The notes under the pieces are model-generated. The model saw only the letters and a program-made list of their open reading frames with translations. It had not been told where the DNA came from and did not search any database. Both the position numbers and the translations under genes were made by a program. From Thalia democratica (taxonomy: Eukaryota): a stretch of DNA of 64,000 nucleotides. The DNA lies in assembly GCA_965202585.1 (NCBI GenBank), contig OZ241831.1, positions 14,818,001 through 14,882,000 on the forward strand, written 5' to 3'. Position 1 is the stretch's first letter. Every line of letters begins with the position of its first letter. Below are positions 25,165-40,674 of this stretch, one piece after another.

Positions 25165-25286
25165 GCCTACGACCATACCACACTGAACACACCCCATCTC
25201 GTCCGATCTGGGAAGTTAAAAAAGTGTCGGGCTTAAAGGTTAGTACTTAGATGGGTGACCGCTTGGGAATACCGCGTGCCGTAGGC
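25165..25286 (+). rRNA. 5S: 5S rRNA gene, aberrant 122-nt form, copy 4 (type B spacer)
   Basis: Identical to 361-482 despite diverged flanks. Confidence 0.88.
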
Positions 25287-28200
25287 TTTTACTTTCAAGC
25301 TCTTGTTTGTTGGATTAATTCTTCATACTTATTATGAAAGTTTCTAGTTTATCTTAAACATTTTTCAATAATAAATGACACATTAACTAGACTGTCATTT
25401 AGTTGTAGACTTATTTTGTCTGTTGCTTTCATTTTGCTATTTACATAAAAGCCATAACTTTATTTTTTATAAGCGTTTCGTTCTGCTCTAGACTTTTAAC
25501 AAATATAACTTGAAATAAACAGTAGTTTTTAGTTATCAAGTTGTCTCATACACAGTCTTCAATAAAGTTACAAAGCTGTTTACTTCTTTTCCTTTGCATA
25601 ATGTTTCAGCTATTGGTTTTTTTACGCGTTGATTATGTTAAAAATCCATAAGCAACTAAGTTTTATAAAACAAGTCTAAGATTTGTAAAAAAAATTCAAC
25701 TTTGCTATTCATGACAGTTGTACTGAAATTGAATGCTTTTTGGTCGTTTTTTTTTCTTTAGAACAATCACTGTTGTTTACATTTATTTATTTTTGAAAAT
25801 ACATTTTGATAAGCATGATCAGTATAATTTTCATGAATAAACCTCTACTGTTCAAGTATTTTTAAAAACAATACGAAATTTATTAAAACTAACTGTTTTA
25901 TTTTCATTCCATAAATGAAATTACTTTTTATAGTGACGTAGAACAAGTTTTAAAAATTAAGTTTAGTATTTATTAAATTAAAAAAAAGTCTACGAAGTAA
26001 GCATAATTGAGAATTTTTTTTGTCTAAATAAAGAAGTTAACAAGAAAAAGCCTTTGGACAACACGTTTAAGTTAGTTGAAGCTTTTTATGAAACATCAAA
26101 TTACAACTAGTTTACAAAACTTATTCCACGATTTAGGCAACACTTTCAAAACATAACTAGCTCTCTTATTAAAAGTTGCTTAGAATTTCCAGTAAAAGTA
26201 CAAAGGCAATAGTAAGTATGCATAACTAGGTGACAAAAGAAAAGACAGAAAAAATATTATTTAGAAGTAAAATGTGTCATTCAACTAGCTCTAACTCTTA
26301 CTTTTGATCTTTTACCACCACAAAGTTGGTTGAGTTGCACATTTTTGTTGTTTAGTTAAAGCTTGTTTAACACTGCTTAGTAGACTTTAAAGCTGGTTAA
26401 ATAAACTGGTTGTCCTGATTACATTAGATTAACTTGATAAAGCTATAAGCAATGCTAGATCAACTAAAAGATGTAAGCTTTTTAAAGTTATAGATTCGAA
26501 ATGTTCTTTTTCGTTCATGTTGTGATGCACATATGTTGTTTTTTGTTTATGTATTTATGAGTTGTAATGCATGTTTTAAATGTGTTTTAGTTAAAGTTAT
26601 TTTCTGAAACGATACAACATAAATTAGACCCAAAGCTAAACTAATTTTTAACTTGATAAATCTGTGAACAATTTGAGTTCAATAAAAAGCTTTGTAAAAA
26701 GAATTCGGTTGTAATACATGATGGTTGTTGTACTGAAATTGCAGTTTTGTTGATTTTTTTATTTTGGTTTGAACAGCTTCTGTTGTTAACTTATGTTGCA
26801 TTGTAATAAAAAGAAATAATAAGTTTTAGAAACTACTGGTTTATTAGATTGTAATTGTTAATATCCAAAGCTAAGTTTGTTTTATTATAATTTAATGTAT
26901 TATTTTCATTTAAAATCTAATACATTTTACAGTGACGTAGAACAGTATTTTTTAAATAAACTAAATACTTTTTCAATTTTACAAAAGAAGTATACAAAAT
27001 AAGCATAACGGGAATAAGTTTTGTTTAAAGAAAGAAGTTTACAAGAAAATCTTATGGACACAAAAATCAAGTTAGTTGAAGCTTTCTGCGAAACGTATAT
27101 TTATTTGTAATGTAACAGACTTAAGCAATGGTTTTTAAATGCAACTAGCTCCCTCCTCAAAAGTAGTTTAAAATGTCATGTAAGAGAACAAAAACAATTG
27201 TAAATACAAGTATGTGACAAAAAGTTAAAACACAAAAGTATAAGTTAGAAGTAAACTGTTTTATACAAACATTCTAACTTACCTTTTACCAGCACAAAAA
27301 ACATTAAGTTTGGTTCGTTTTTGTCGTCTAGTTAGAGCTTGTTTAATGCTGCTTAGTGGACATTGATATCTGGTTGAATCAGTTGGTGGTCCTTATCACT
27401 TTAGACTTATAACAGAAATAACTATAGACTGTAACAGTCGTTTTAAGTCATCAAGTTGTCTCACATATAGTTGTAACAAGTAATACAAATGAGTGGTGAC
27501 AAGCTGTTACTTCTTTTCCTTTCAGCTTATAAATTGAGTTCTTTCATGTATTCGACTAGTTAAGCAATCAAAAACAAACTAAATAGATGTCAGCTTTGTA
27601 AAATAAAAGTTTTAATGATAAGCTTTCATCAATTATTTCAGCTATTTTTGTTTTGGTAAATCGCGTACTTGTTTATAGTGTTGTTTTTCTTTGAACAATC
27701 GATGTTGTTTACATTTATGTATTTTAATGTATGATTTTTAAATTACTATGCATGTTTTTAATTTTAGTTGTAATTAAACTATATTTTTTGTGAAACAAAT
27801 ATTGTTTGTTGTTAACAATTGAAAACATACTTTGTTGATAAACCAAAGTAAGTTTTATTCTTATTACTATTTAAGTGTACTATTTTCATTGAAAAATATA
27901 ACTAGTTTTTAAAGTGACGTAGCGTAACTTTTTTAAATAAGTTAAAAAACAAATAATTATTGAATGTTTAAGAAAAGTCCACAAAGTAAGAACGAATAAG
28001 ATAGAGTTCTTAGAAAAAAAAGATATCAAGAAGAAAAAGACATCCAAGTTAGTTAATTATGTTAAGCATTCAATTACAGTAGGCAATAAATTAAGGATTA
28101 TAGCAGTGATCACACTAGTTTACATCGCAAAAGTTAGATCAAAAATAAAGTAAAAGTAGAGAAATCACAGCAAGCTTAACTGTTCAATTAATAATGGAAA

Positions 28201-29870
28201 GCGATAAAATATAGTTTGGAAGTAAACAGTGTTGTTCAGAGTTCTTTGATCCTTTATCATAACAAAGTAGATTTAGTATGTAAATTTGTGTCATTGAGTT
28301 TAGTACACATTAGAAGCTTGCATCAATGACTGGTGATCCACGTAAGCTTTAGACTTATGGAAAATACAAAGAAAAAACAAATGTTTTTTGGAGTTGTCTC
28401 ATATACAGTATAAAAAAGAGATCAAGTTGTTCATTTTTTCTTTTGTATCATGTTTTTATGTGTCGACGTTTTTGTTTGATAGAGCCACAAACAATTTGAG
28501 TTCAACGAAACAAGTTTAAATATTTGTAAATAGAAATATTTCAACTGTACTCTTAAACTATTGTTGTACTGAAACTGTATGTTTGTTTTGAACAGTCGCT
28601 GCTGTATACATTAATGCATTGTACAACTTTCAATCTGCTTTTTATGGTTTCAGTTGCATTCTAACTAACAACACTAGTATACTTAAAAAATTAAACCTCA
28701 GTTTAATTGTTATCTTTGACTAAAGTGTTTTTGATATCAATACAAATTCAAGTTTTCTTCTCATTATAATCAACTGAAATTTGAATTTTAAAATTTAACT
28801 AATTTTTCAGTGACATGGTATTATTTTAGATATTTCATTTATAAAACCTATCTTGACATTAAAAATAACATTGACTGTTTGAAAAACTTGTCCACAAAGT
28901 AAGCATGAATAAGAATAAATTTTGTTTAATATACCTATTTAAAAACATTTTTACCTAACATTCAAATACTAGTAAGAAAGGAAAACAGATAAATATTATC
29001 ATTTAGAAGTAAAATGTTTAGATACATTAGTAACTGGTTAAATCAGTTGGTGGTCCTTATTATTTTAGATTTATAACCAACATAACTTAGAACAAACAGT
29101 TAGAGTTACTTTAGGTCATCAAGTTGTCTAACACCTAGTCTAAACAAGTAACTTTACCATGAAAATAATAAAACAAGCATTTTTTAACCGTGTTTAAGCT
29201 AATGAATTGGTTTGTATCATAGGGTGATGTTTTGGCTTGAAATGATATCTTAAATAAGCTAAATAGATGTCAGCCTTGTAGGTGGGAATACTTAAATGTG
29301 TTTGAAATTCACATTTGTTATCTTTTGTTCTGAACTTTTATTTCTATTTATATACTTATAACTTTTTAAAACATTTTACATGGTTTCAACTGCATTTAAG
29401 TTGATAAAAAGAAGACGTTTAAAAGTTAAACCTTTGTTGTGTTGCTGATAATCAACAACAACTTAAAAATGTAACAAAAACTAAGGTTTTTTTTTGTTAT
29501 AAGTTGAGTATACGTTACTGTATTATCTTTTTTTAAACACTTATTTACTGAATGTTTTAACAGAAATTCAACAAATGAACAAGAAGTTGTATAGAAAAAA
29601 AAAGTTCACGGACAACGTATTGAAGTTAGTTAAATCCTTTTTTACAGATACAACTGTTTTTTCAAATTAGACTTATGCAATGGTAACCATAAGATTAAAA
29701 CTTGAAAGTACGACAAATTTTAAATCAAACAACTAAAGTGTTTGATCTTTTAATTCTTATAACAACCAGTTTGTTTGTACAATTATCAATTTGTGGCTTG
29801 TACTTTAAGTAGATATCAATAGCCGGTTTTGTTCAAATGGTGGTCCTAAAAAGGACCGGTTGTTGAGCAT

Positions 29871-30230
29871 TTATTTTGAGCTGGTGTACTTGGTAACAGC
29901 TTTAGTTCCCTCTGAAACTGCGTGCTTTGACAACTCGCCGGGGAGCAAGAGCCTGACAGCAGTTTGAATTTCGCGGCTGCTCACAGTTGACCTCTTGTTG
30001 TAATGAGCCAAACGTGAAGCCTCTGCTGCAATGCGCTCGAAGATGTCGTTGACAAATGAGTTCATGATTCCCATCGCCTTGCTGGAAATTCCGGTGTCGG
30101 GGTGCACTTGCTTCAAAACTTTGTACACGTAGATGCCAAAGCTTTCTTTGTGCCTCCTCCTTCGCTTCTTCTTGCCGTCGACCGGGGTGGTCTTGGCTAC
30201 TGACTTCTTCGCGCCTTTGGTTGCGGTCAT
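29871..30230 (-). CDS. H2B: Histone H2B, unit 4
   Basis: 119 aa, identical protein. Confidence 0.98.
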   Translation of the reverse strand: MTATKGAKKSVAKTTPVDGKKKRRRRHKESFGIYVYKVLKQVHPDTGISSKAMGIMNSFVNDIFERIAAEASRLAHYNKRSTVSSREIQTAVRLLLPGELSKHAVSEGTKAVTKYTSSK

Positions 30231-30389
30231 GATGATGTGTGAACTTCAGTCTCGGCGCCAGCTTATATACTGAAAGTTTATGCAAATTAGCATTTCCGTA
30301 CGCGAACGACAGCCTCTCTCATTTTATGATTCTCTCGTTTGTCGTAAATATTTTTAGGTGGTCCTGAAAAGGACCTGGTTTGTTTCAAC

Positions 30390-30770
30390 TTAGGCTGATT
30401 TTTTTGAAGCGGTCTTCTTGGGCAATAATACTGCCTGGATGTTTGGAAGAACACCTCCTTGAGCAATAGTGACGCCGCCGAGAAGTTTGTTCAACTCTTC
30501 GTCGTTGCGGATAGCTAGTTGCAAATGGCGGGGAATGATCCTGCTTTTCTTGTTGTCACGAGCAGCGTTACCGGCAAGCTCGAGCACTTCTGCGCTCAAA
30601 TACTCGAGAACGGCAGCCAGATAAACTGGAGCACCAGCTCCGACTCTTTGGCTGTAGTTGCCAGTGCGCAACAGGCGGTGCACGCGACCGACTGGAAACT
30701 GCAGTCCTGCACGAGAAGACCTGCTCTTCGGCTTAGATTTGAGTTTTGATCCTTTACCACGTCCTGACAT
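30390..30770 (-). CDS. H2A: Histone H2A, unit 4
   Basis: 126 aa; synonymous change at 30765. Confidence 0.98.
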   Translation of the reverse strand: MSGRGKGSKLKSKPKSRSSRAGLQFPVGRVHRLLRTGNYSQRVGAGAPVYLAAVLEYLSAEVLELAGNAARDNKKSRIIPRHLQLAIRNDEELNKLLGGVTIAQGGVLPNIQAVLLPKKTASKKSA

Positions 30771-30964
30771 CTTGTTGTTCGAATGATTGTGCCAAGATGC
30801 TCGCACAGCTCTGTATAAAACTCAAACCTAACCGCGTCGAACGAACAACTAATTTGCATATGTCGTAGCTGCTCTTTAATCTTGTCAAAATGTTTGTTTA
30901 GCAGTGTTGAAGAAATTTGATTTTGAAATGGGTGGTCCTAAAAAGGACCGAGTTTGCTAAATGT

Positions 30965-31309
<345 letters not shown>

Positions 31310-31465
31310 TTATTTATAAGCTGTTACGGACGCGTACGGTTACTACTAAACTAATTTGCATACTCAGAAAAGTCTCTAACTTACATTCTTTCGTTTGGTT
31401 TATTTTCTCTCACTATCAAACAAAGTTTAAAAGTGGCCCTGAAAAGGACCGGTTTTAGCTAATGC

Positions 31466-32002
<537 letters not shown>

Positions 32003-32063
32003 TCATTTTTTGTTAATATTTTGATTGAGTGGTCCTGAAAAGGACCTTGGGTAAAAGAACAAC

Positions 32064-32648
32064 TTATTTCTTGCAGCTCTTCTTGGTACTTGCCTTCTTA
32101 GATGCTTTTTTGGCTACCGGCTTCTTCTTGGTTACTTTCTTCTTCTTGCTTGCAGCTTTTTTAGATGCTGCCTTCTTAGGAGCACACTTTTTAGCAGGTC
32201 GCTTTTTGGCTGCTGGTTTTTTCGCTGCCTTCTTGGGAGCACACTTCTTTACTCGTTTCTTTGCTGCGGCCTTCTTTACTGCTGGCTTTTTAGCTACTTT
32301 TTTTGTCCTCTTCTTGGGACCAGCAGCTGGCATTGGAGCAAGCTTGAACGAGCCGGAAGCGCCTTTTCCAGTAGTCTGGAGAAAAGAACCTTTGGTCACG
32401 CCGCTGGTAAGTGCTCTCTTCAAGTGAGAATTAGAAGCTGAAAGGTCAAGCTTGTAGGTGTCCGCGATATATTTTTGTATCTTCTGGCGGGATGTACCTT
32501 TTCGTTCCTTCATTGCTCCCAGGGCAGAGCTAATCATCTCCCTGTAAGTCGGGTGTTCTGCCTTCTTGGCGCTTGGTCTCTTGGAAGACCTGGCCTTGGC
32601 TGCGGCCGCCGCTGCTACTGCTGGTGCTGCTACTGCTGTGGTAGACAT
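32064..32648 (-). CDS. H1: Linker histone H1, unit 4 (194 aa)
   Basis: H1 with one fewer N-terminal Ala than units 1-2. Confidence 0.96.
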   Translation of the reverse strand: MSTTAVAAPAVAAAAAAKARSSKRPSAKKAEHPTYREMISSALGAMKERKGTSRQKIQKYIADTYKLDLSASNSHLKRALTSGVTKGSFLQTTGKGASGSFKLAPMPAAGPKKRTKKVAKKPAVKKAAAKKRVKKCAPKKAAKKPAAKKRPAKKCAPKKAASKKAASKKKKVTKKKPVAKKASKKASTKKSCKK

Positions 32649-35600
32649 TTTGTATGTATTTTAAAGCAACCGAGACAATACTTTTAGTAGTTACTGACTG
32701 TGACGAATTGACTGTTGAGCAGTTTTACTTTGTGAAGTACCTTTTACTGATTGTTACGAGCATTAGCATGTGAGTTTAAAGCGCATATGCTCATAAAAGC
32801 ATAGTTATTTTTTTACGAACGTCAAAAACATTCCAGTAACAAAGAAACCAGACTTAGCCTGGTCGGAAACAGAGTTTTTTTTAAAGCTTAGCTTTAAAGG
32901 TCCAGAAAAACAGTCTAAAAGTTACAGCACACCTCTGCATATAATGATATAAACCTCAAATGAAACAAAATATACTACTACACATCAGGTTTAGTTTTCT
33001 TCAGCTGCAAACTTAAAACTGTAAGATTTTAGACAAGCACAAGTGTTTTTTTCCACTTCAAGCTTAAGTTAAGTTTTATTATTTTAATTTCATTCGGTTT
33101 TGTCAATTGTAAAACCCATGAAGTATGTTTAACTTGATTACAACTTTAATTGTGCTGGTTAGTAAAAAGTAATTCATAAACAAACACAAGTATTTAATTT
33201 ATGACACTTTACAAGTTATCATTACTTTAAGTATACTTATATTGAAAATGGCAGTACTAAACCACCTAAAAAAACTTAAGTACATATGTTTTGAATTTGT
33301 TCTTCCACATACTAGTAACTTATCTTTTCAAAAATGTTCTGAACAGTAGCCATACAAAACTTGTTAAAAAGCTAGAAACTAATGTTTAACAAAGTTTGTT
33401 ATATAAAACAGTCCCAACTAGTTACTAGTATTTCACAGTTAGAAAAATTTGAAACAACTTTTTAAAACTGTTACACAGTTGTTTAGATTTTTTAACAACG
33501 TTTTATTTGTTATACTCAAAGCTGAACTAAGAACTTTTTCTTTGTAGATTTCATGAAAAGAAAGCGAACAAATGGATTTGATCGTAACTTTCCAAAACAA
33601 GACGAAATAACTTACACTTAAATGAATATCAGTACTGTTCACTTATGTTCAAAGAAAAGGACCGAAATTTCAATATGAAGTTTAAAAGAGTTGCTTATTT
33701 TGAGACGAAAAACTTTACTTAAAAAAAGAGGTTAGGCTAATTTTAAAAGTAGTATCAAGTAAGTAACGATCATAAAAAAAAATATCAGTGTTTCATAACT
33801 AATTTGAAAAACTAGATTGGATAAACTTTTTTTTACATTCAGTACTCATAAACTTGCGATGTGTTTAAGAAAGTCTATTTGACAATCATTTGTTGGATTA
33901 GTTCTTCATACTTATTATGAAAGTTTCTAGTTTATCTTAAACATTTTCAATAATAAATGACACACTAACTAGACTGTCATTTAGTTGTAGACTTATTTTG
34001 TCTGTTGCTTTCATTTTGCTATTTATATAAAAGCCATAACTTTATTTTTTATAAGCGTTTCGTTCTGCTCTAGACTTTTAACAAATATTACTTGAAATAA
34101 ACAGTTGCAGTAGTTTTTAGTTATCAAGTTGTCTCATACACAGTCTTCAATAAAGTTACAAAGCTGTTTACTTCTTTTCCTTTGCATAATGTTTCAGCTA
34201 TTGGTTTTTTTACGCGTTGATGTTTTATGTTAAAAATCCATAAGCAACTAAGTTTAATAAAACAAGTCTAAGATTTGTAAAAAAATTCAACTTTGCTATT
34301 CATGACAGTTGTACTGAAATTGAATGCTTTTTGGTCGTTTTTTTTCTTTAGAACAATCACTGTTGTTTACATTTATTTATGTTTGAAAATACATTTTGAT
34401 AAGCATGATCAGTATAATTTTCATGAATAAACCTCTACTGTTCAAGTATTTTTAAAAATAAAACGAAATTTATTAAAACTAACTGTTTTATTTTCATTCC
34501 ATAATGAAATTACTTTTTATAGTGACGTAGAACAAGTTTTAAAAATTAAGTTTAGTATTTATTAAATTAAAAAAAAGTCTACGAAGTAAGCATGGTTGAG
34601 AATTTTTTTTTGTCTAAATAAAGAAGTTAACAAGAAAAAGCCTTTGGACAACACGTTTAAGTTAGTTGAAGCTTTTTATGAAACATCAAATTACAACTAG
34701 TTTACAAAACTTATTCCACGATTTAGGCAATACTTTCAAAACATAAAACTAGCTCTCTTATCAAAAGTTGCTTAGAATGTCCAGTAAAAGTACAAAGGCA
34801 ATAGTAAGTATGCATAACTAGGTGACAAAAGAAAAGACAGAAAAAATATTATTTAGAAGTAAAATGTGTCATTCAACTAGCTCTAACTCTTACTTTTGAT
34901 CCTTTACCACCACAAAGTTGGTTGAGTTGCACATTTTTGTTGTTTGTTTAACACTGCTTAGTAGACTTTAAAGCTGGTTAAATAAACTGGTTGTCCTGAT
35001 TACATTAGATTAACTTGATAAAGCTATAAGTAATGCTAGATCAACTAAAAGATGTAAGCTTTTTAAAGTTTTAATAGATTCGAAATGTTCTTTTTCGTTC
35101 ATGTTGTGATGCATATATGTTGTTTTTTGTTTATGTATTTATGAGTTGTAATGCATGTTTTAAATGTGTTTTAGTTAAAGTTATTTTCTGAAACGATACA
35201 ACATAAATTAGACCCAAAGCTAAACTAATTTTCAACTTGATAAATCTGTGAACAATTTGAGTTGAATAAAAAGCTTTTTAAAAAGAATTCGGTTGTAATA
35301 CATGATGGTTGTTGTACTGAAATTGCAGTTTTGTTGATTTTTTTATTTTGGTTTGAACAGCTTCTGTTGTTAACTGTATTTTAAACTGTTTTATTTAGTT
35401 TGAGTTGCATTGTAATAAAAAGAAATAATACATTTTAGAAACTACTGGTTTATTAGATTGTAATTGTTAATATCCAAAGTTAATTTTGTTTTATTATAAT
35501 TTAATGTATTATTTTCATATAAAATCTAATACTTTTTACAGTGACGTAGAACAGTATTTTTTAAATAAACTAAATACTTTTTTAATTTTACAAAAAGAAG

Positions 35601-38481
35601 TATACAAAATAAGCATAACGGGAATAAGTTTTGTTTAAAGAAAGAAGTTTACAAGAAAATCTTATGGACACAAAAATCAAGTTAGTTGAAGCTTTCTGCG
35701 AAACGTATATTTATTTGTAATGTAACAGACTTAAGCAATGGTTTTTAAATGCAACTAGCTCCCTCCTCAAAAGTAGTTTAAAATGTCATGTAAGAGAACA
35801 AAAACAATTGTAAATACAAGTATGTGACAAAAAGTTAAAACACAAAAGTATAAGTTAGAAGTAAACTGTTTCATACAAACATTCTAACTCACCTTTTACC
35901 AGCACAAAAAACAATAAGTTTGGTTCGTTTTTGTCGTCTAGTTAGAGCTTGTTTAATGCTGCTTAGTGGACATTGATATCTGGTTGAATCAGTTGGTGGT
36001 CCTTATCACTTTAGACTTATAACAGAAATGACTATAGACTGTAAAAGTCGTTTTAAGTCATCAAGTTGTCTCACATATAGTTGTAACAAGTAATACAAAT
36101 GAGTGGTGACAAGCTGTTACTTCTTTTCCTTTCAGCTTATAAATTGAGTTCTTTCATGTATTCGACTAGTTAAGCAATTAAAAACAAACTAAATAGATGT
36201 CAGCTTTGTAAAATAAAAGTTTTAATGATAAGCTTTCATCAATTATTTCAGCTATTTTTGTTTTGGTAAATCGCGTACTTGTTTATAGTGTTGTTTTTCT
36301 TTGAACAATCGATGTTGTTTACATTTATGTATTTTAATGTATGATTTTTAAATTACTATGCATGTTTTTAATCGTGTTTTAGTTGTAATTAAACTATATT
36401 TTTAGTGAAACAAATATTGTTTGTTGTTAACAATTGAAAACATACTTTGTTGATAAACCAAAGTAAGTTTTATTCTTATTACTACTTAAGTGTACTATTT
36501 TCATTGAAAAATATAACTAGTTTTTTAAGTGACGTAGCGTAACTTTTTTTAATAAGTTAAAAAACAAATAATTGTTGAATGTTTAAGAAAAGTCCACAAA
36601 GTAAGAACGATTAAGATAGAGTTCTTAGAAAAAAAACATATCAAGAAGAAAAAGACATCCAAGTTAGTTAATTATGTTAAGCATTCAATTACAGTAGGCA
36701 ATAAATTAAGGATTATAGCAGTGATCACACTAGTTTACATCGCAAAAGTTAGATCAAAAATAATGTAAAAGTAGAGAAATCACAGCAAGCTTAACTGTTC
36801 AATTAATAATGGAAAGCGATAAAATATAGTTTGGAAGTAAACAGTGTTGTTCAGAGTTCTTTGATCCTTTATCATCACAAAGTAGATTTAGTATGTAAAT
36901 TTGTGTCATTGAGTTTAGTACACATTAGAAGCTTGCATCAATGACTGGTGATCCACGTAAGCTTTAGACTCATGGAAAATACAAAGAAAAAACAAATGAT
37001 TTTTGGAGTTGTCTCATATACAGTATAAAAAAGAGATCAAGTTGTTCATTTTTTCTTTTGTATCATGTTTTTATGTGTCGACGTTTTTGTTTGATAGAGC
37101 CACAAACAATTTGAGTTCAACGAAACAAGTTTAAATATTTGTAAATATTTCAACTGTACTCTTAAACTATTGTTGTACTGAAACTGTATGTTTGTTTTGA
37201 ACAGTCGCTGTTGTATACATTAATGCATTGTACAACTTTCAATCTGCTTTTTATGGTTTCAGTTGCATTCTAACTAACAAGACTAGTATACTTTGAAAAA
37301 TTAAACCTCAGTTTAATTCTTATCTTTGACTAAAGTGTTTTTGATATCAATACAAATTCAAGTTTTCTTCTCATTATAATCAACTGAAATTTGAATTTGA
37401 AAATTTAACAAATTTTTTCAGTGACATGGTATTATTTTAGATATTTCATTTATAAAACTTATTTTGATATTAAAAATAACATTGTCTGTTTGAAAAACTT
37501 GTCCACAAAGTAAGCATGAATAAGAATAAATTTTGTTTAATATACCTATTGAAAAACATTTTTACCTAACATTCAAATACTATTAAGAAAGGAAAACAGA
37601 TAAATATTATCATTTAGAAGTAAAATGTTTAGATACATAAGTAACTGGTTAAATCAGTTGGTGGTCCTTATTATTTTAGATTTATAACCAACATAACTTA
37701 GAACAAACAATTAGAGTTACTTTAGGTCATCAAGTTGTCTAACACCTAGTCTAAACAAGTAACTTTACCATGAAAATAATAAAACAAGCATTTTTTAACC
37801 GTGTTTAAGCTAATGAATTGGTTTGTATCATAGGGTGATGTTTTGGCTTGAAATGATATCTTAAATAAGCTAAATAGATGTCAGCCTTGTAGGTGGGAAT
37901 ACTTAAATGTGTTTGAAATTCACATTTGTTATCTTTTGTTCTGAACTTTTATTTCTATTTATATACTTATAACTTTTTAAAACATTTTACATGGTTTCAA
38001 CTGCATTTAAGTTGATAAAAAGAAGACGTTTAAAAGTTAAACCTTTGTTGTGTTGCTGATAATCAACAACAACTTAAAAATGTAACAAAAACTAAGGTTT
38101 TTTTTTGTTATAAGTTGAGTATACGTTACTGTATTATCTTTTTTTAAACACTTATTTACTGAATGTTTTAACAGAAATTCAACAAATGAACAAGAAGTTG
38201 TATAGAAAAAAAAAGTTCACGGACAACGTATTGAAGTTAGTTAAATCCTTTTTTACAGATACTACTGTTTTTTCAAATTAGACTTATGCAATGGTAACCA
38301 TAAGATTAAAACTTGAAAGTACGACAAATTTTAAATCAAACAACTAAAGTGTTTGATCTTTTAATTCTTATAACAACCAGTTTGTTTGTACAATTATCAA
38401 TTTGTGGCTTGTACTTTAAGTAGATATCAATAGCCGGTTTTGTTCAAATGGTGGTCCTAAAAAGGACCGGTTGTTGAGCAT

Positions 38482-38841
38482 TTATTTTGAGCTGGTGTAC
38501 TTGGTAACAGCTTTAGTTCCCTCTGAAACTGCGTGCTTTGACAACTCGCCGGGGAGCAAGAGCCTGACAGCAGTTTGAATTTCGCGGCTGCTCACAGTTG
38601 ACCTCTTGTTGTAATGAGCCAAACGTGAAGCCTCTGCTGCAATGCGCTCGAAGATGTCGTTGACAAATGAGTTCATGATTCCCATCGCCTTGCTGGAAAT
38701 TCCGGTGTCGGGGTGCACTTGCTTCAAAACTTTGTACACGTAGATGCCGAAGCTTTCTTTGTGCCTCCTCCTTCGCTTCTTCTTGCCGTCGACCGGGGTG
38801 GTCTTGGCTACTGACTTCTTCGCGCCTTTGGTTGCGGTCAT
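38482..38841 (-). CDS. H2B: Histone H2B, unit 5
   Basis: 119 aa; synonymous change at 38749. Confidence 0.98.
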   Translation of the reverse strand: MTATKGAKKSVAKTTPVDGKKKRRRRHKESFGIYVYKVLKQVHPDTGISSKAMGIMNSFVNDIFERIAAEASRLAHYNKRSTVSSREIQTAVRLLLPGELSKHAVSEGTKAVTKYTSSK

Positions 38842-39000
38842 GATGATGTGTGAACTTCAGTCTCGGCGCCAGCTTATATACTGAAAGTTTATGCAAATTA
38901 GCATTTCCGTACGCGAACGACAGCCTCTCTCATTTTATGATTCTCTCGTTTGTCGTAAATATTTTTAGGTGGTCCTGAAAAGGACCTGGTTTGTTTCAAC

Positions 39001-39381
39001 TTAGGCTGATTTTTTTGAAGCGGTCTTCTTGGGCAATAATACTGCCTGGATGTTTGGAAGAACACCTCCTTGAGCAATAGTGACGCCGCCGAGAAGTTTG
39101 TTCAACTCTTCGTCGTTGCGGATAGCTAGTTGCAAATGGCGGGGAATGATCCTGCTTTTCTTGTTGTCACGAGCAGCGTTACCGGCAAGCTCGAGCACTT
39201 CTGCGCTCAAATACTCGAGAACGGCAGCCAGATAAACTGGAGCACCAGCTCCGACTCTTTGGCTGTAGTTGCCAGTGCGCAACAGGCGGTGCACGCGACC
39301 GACTGGAAACTGCAGTCCTGCACGAGAAGACCTGCTCTTCGGCTTAGATTTGAGTTTTGATCCTTTACCACGTCCCGACAT
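39001..39381 (-). CDS. H2A: Histone H2A, unit 5
   Basis: 126 aa from MSGRGK. Confidence 0.98.
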   Translation of the reverse strand: MSGRGKGSKLKSKPKSRSSRAGLQFPVGRVHRLLRTGNYSQRVGAGAPVYLAAVLEYLSAEVLELAGNAARDNKKSRIIPRHLQLAIRNDEELNKLLGGVTIAQGGVLPNIQAVLLPKKTASKKSA

Positions 39382-39575
39382 CTTGTTGTTCGAATGATTG
39401 TGCCAAGATGCTCGCACAGCTCTGTATAAAACTCAAACCTAACCGCGTCGAACGAACAACTAATTTGCATATGTCGTAGCTACTCTTTAATCTTGTCAAA
39501 ATGTTTGTTTAGCAGTGTTGAAGAAATTTGATTTTGAAATGGGTGGTCCTAAAAAGGACCGAGTTTGCTAAATGT

Positions 39576-39920
<345 letters not shown>

Positions 39921-40076
39921 TTATTTATAAGCTGTTACGGACGCGTACGGTTACTACTAAACTATTTTGCATACTCAGAAAAGTCTCTAACTTACATTCT
40001 TTCGTTTGGTTTATTTTCTCTCACTATCAAACAAAGTTTAAAAGTGGCCCTGAAAAGGACCGGTTTTAGCTAATGC

Positions 40077-40613
<537 letters not shown>

Positions 40614-40674
40614 TCATTTTTTGTTAATATTTTGATTGAGTGGTCCTGAAAAGGACCTTGGGTAAAAGAACAAC

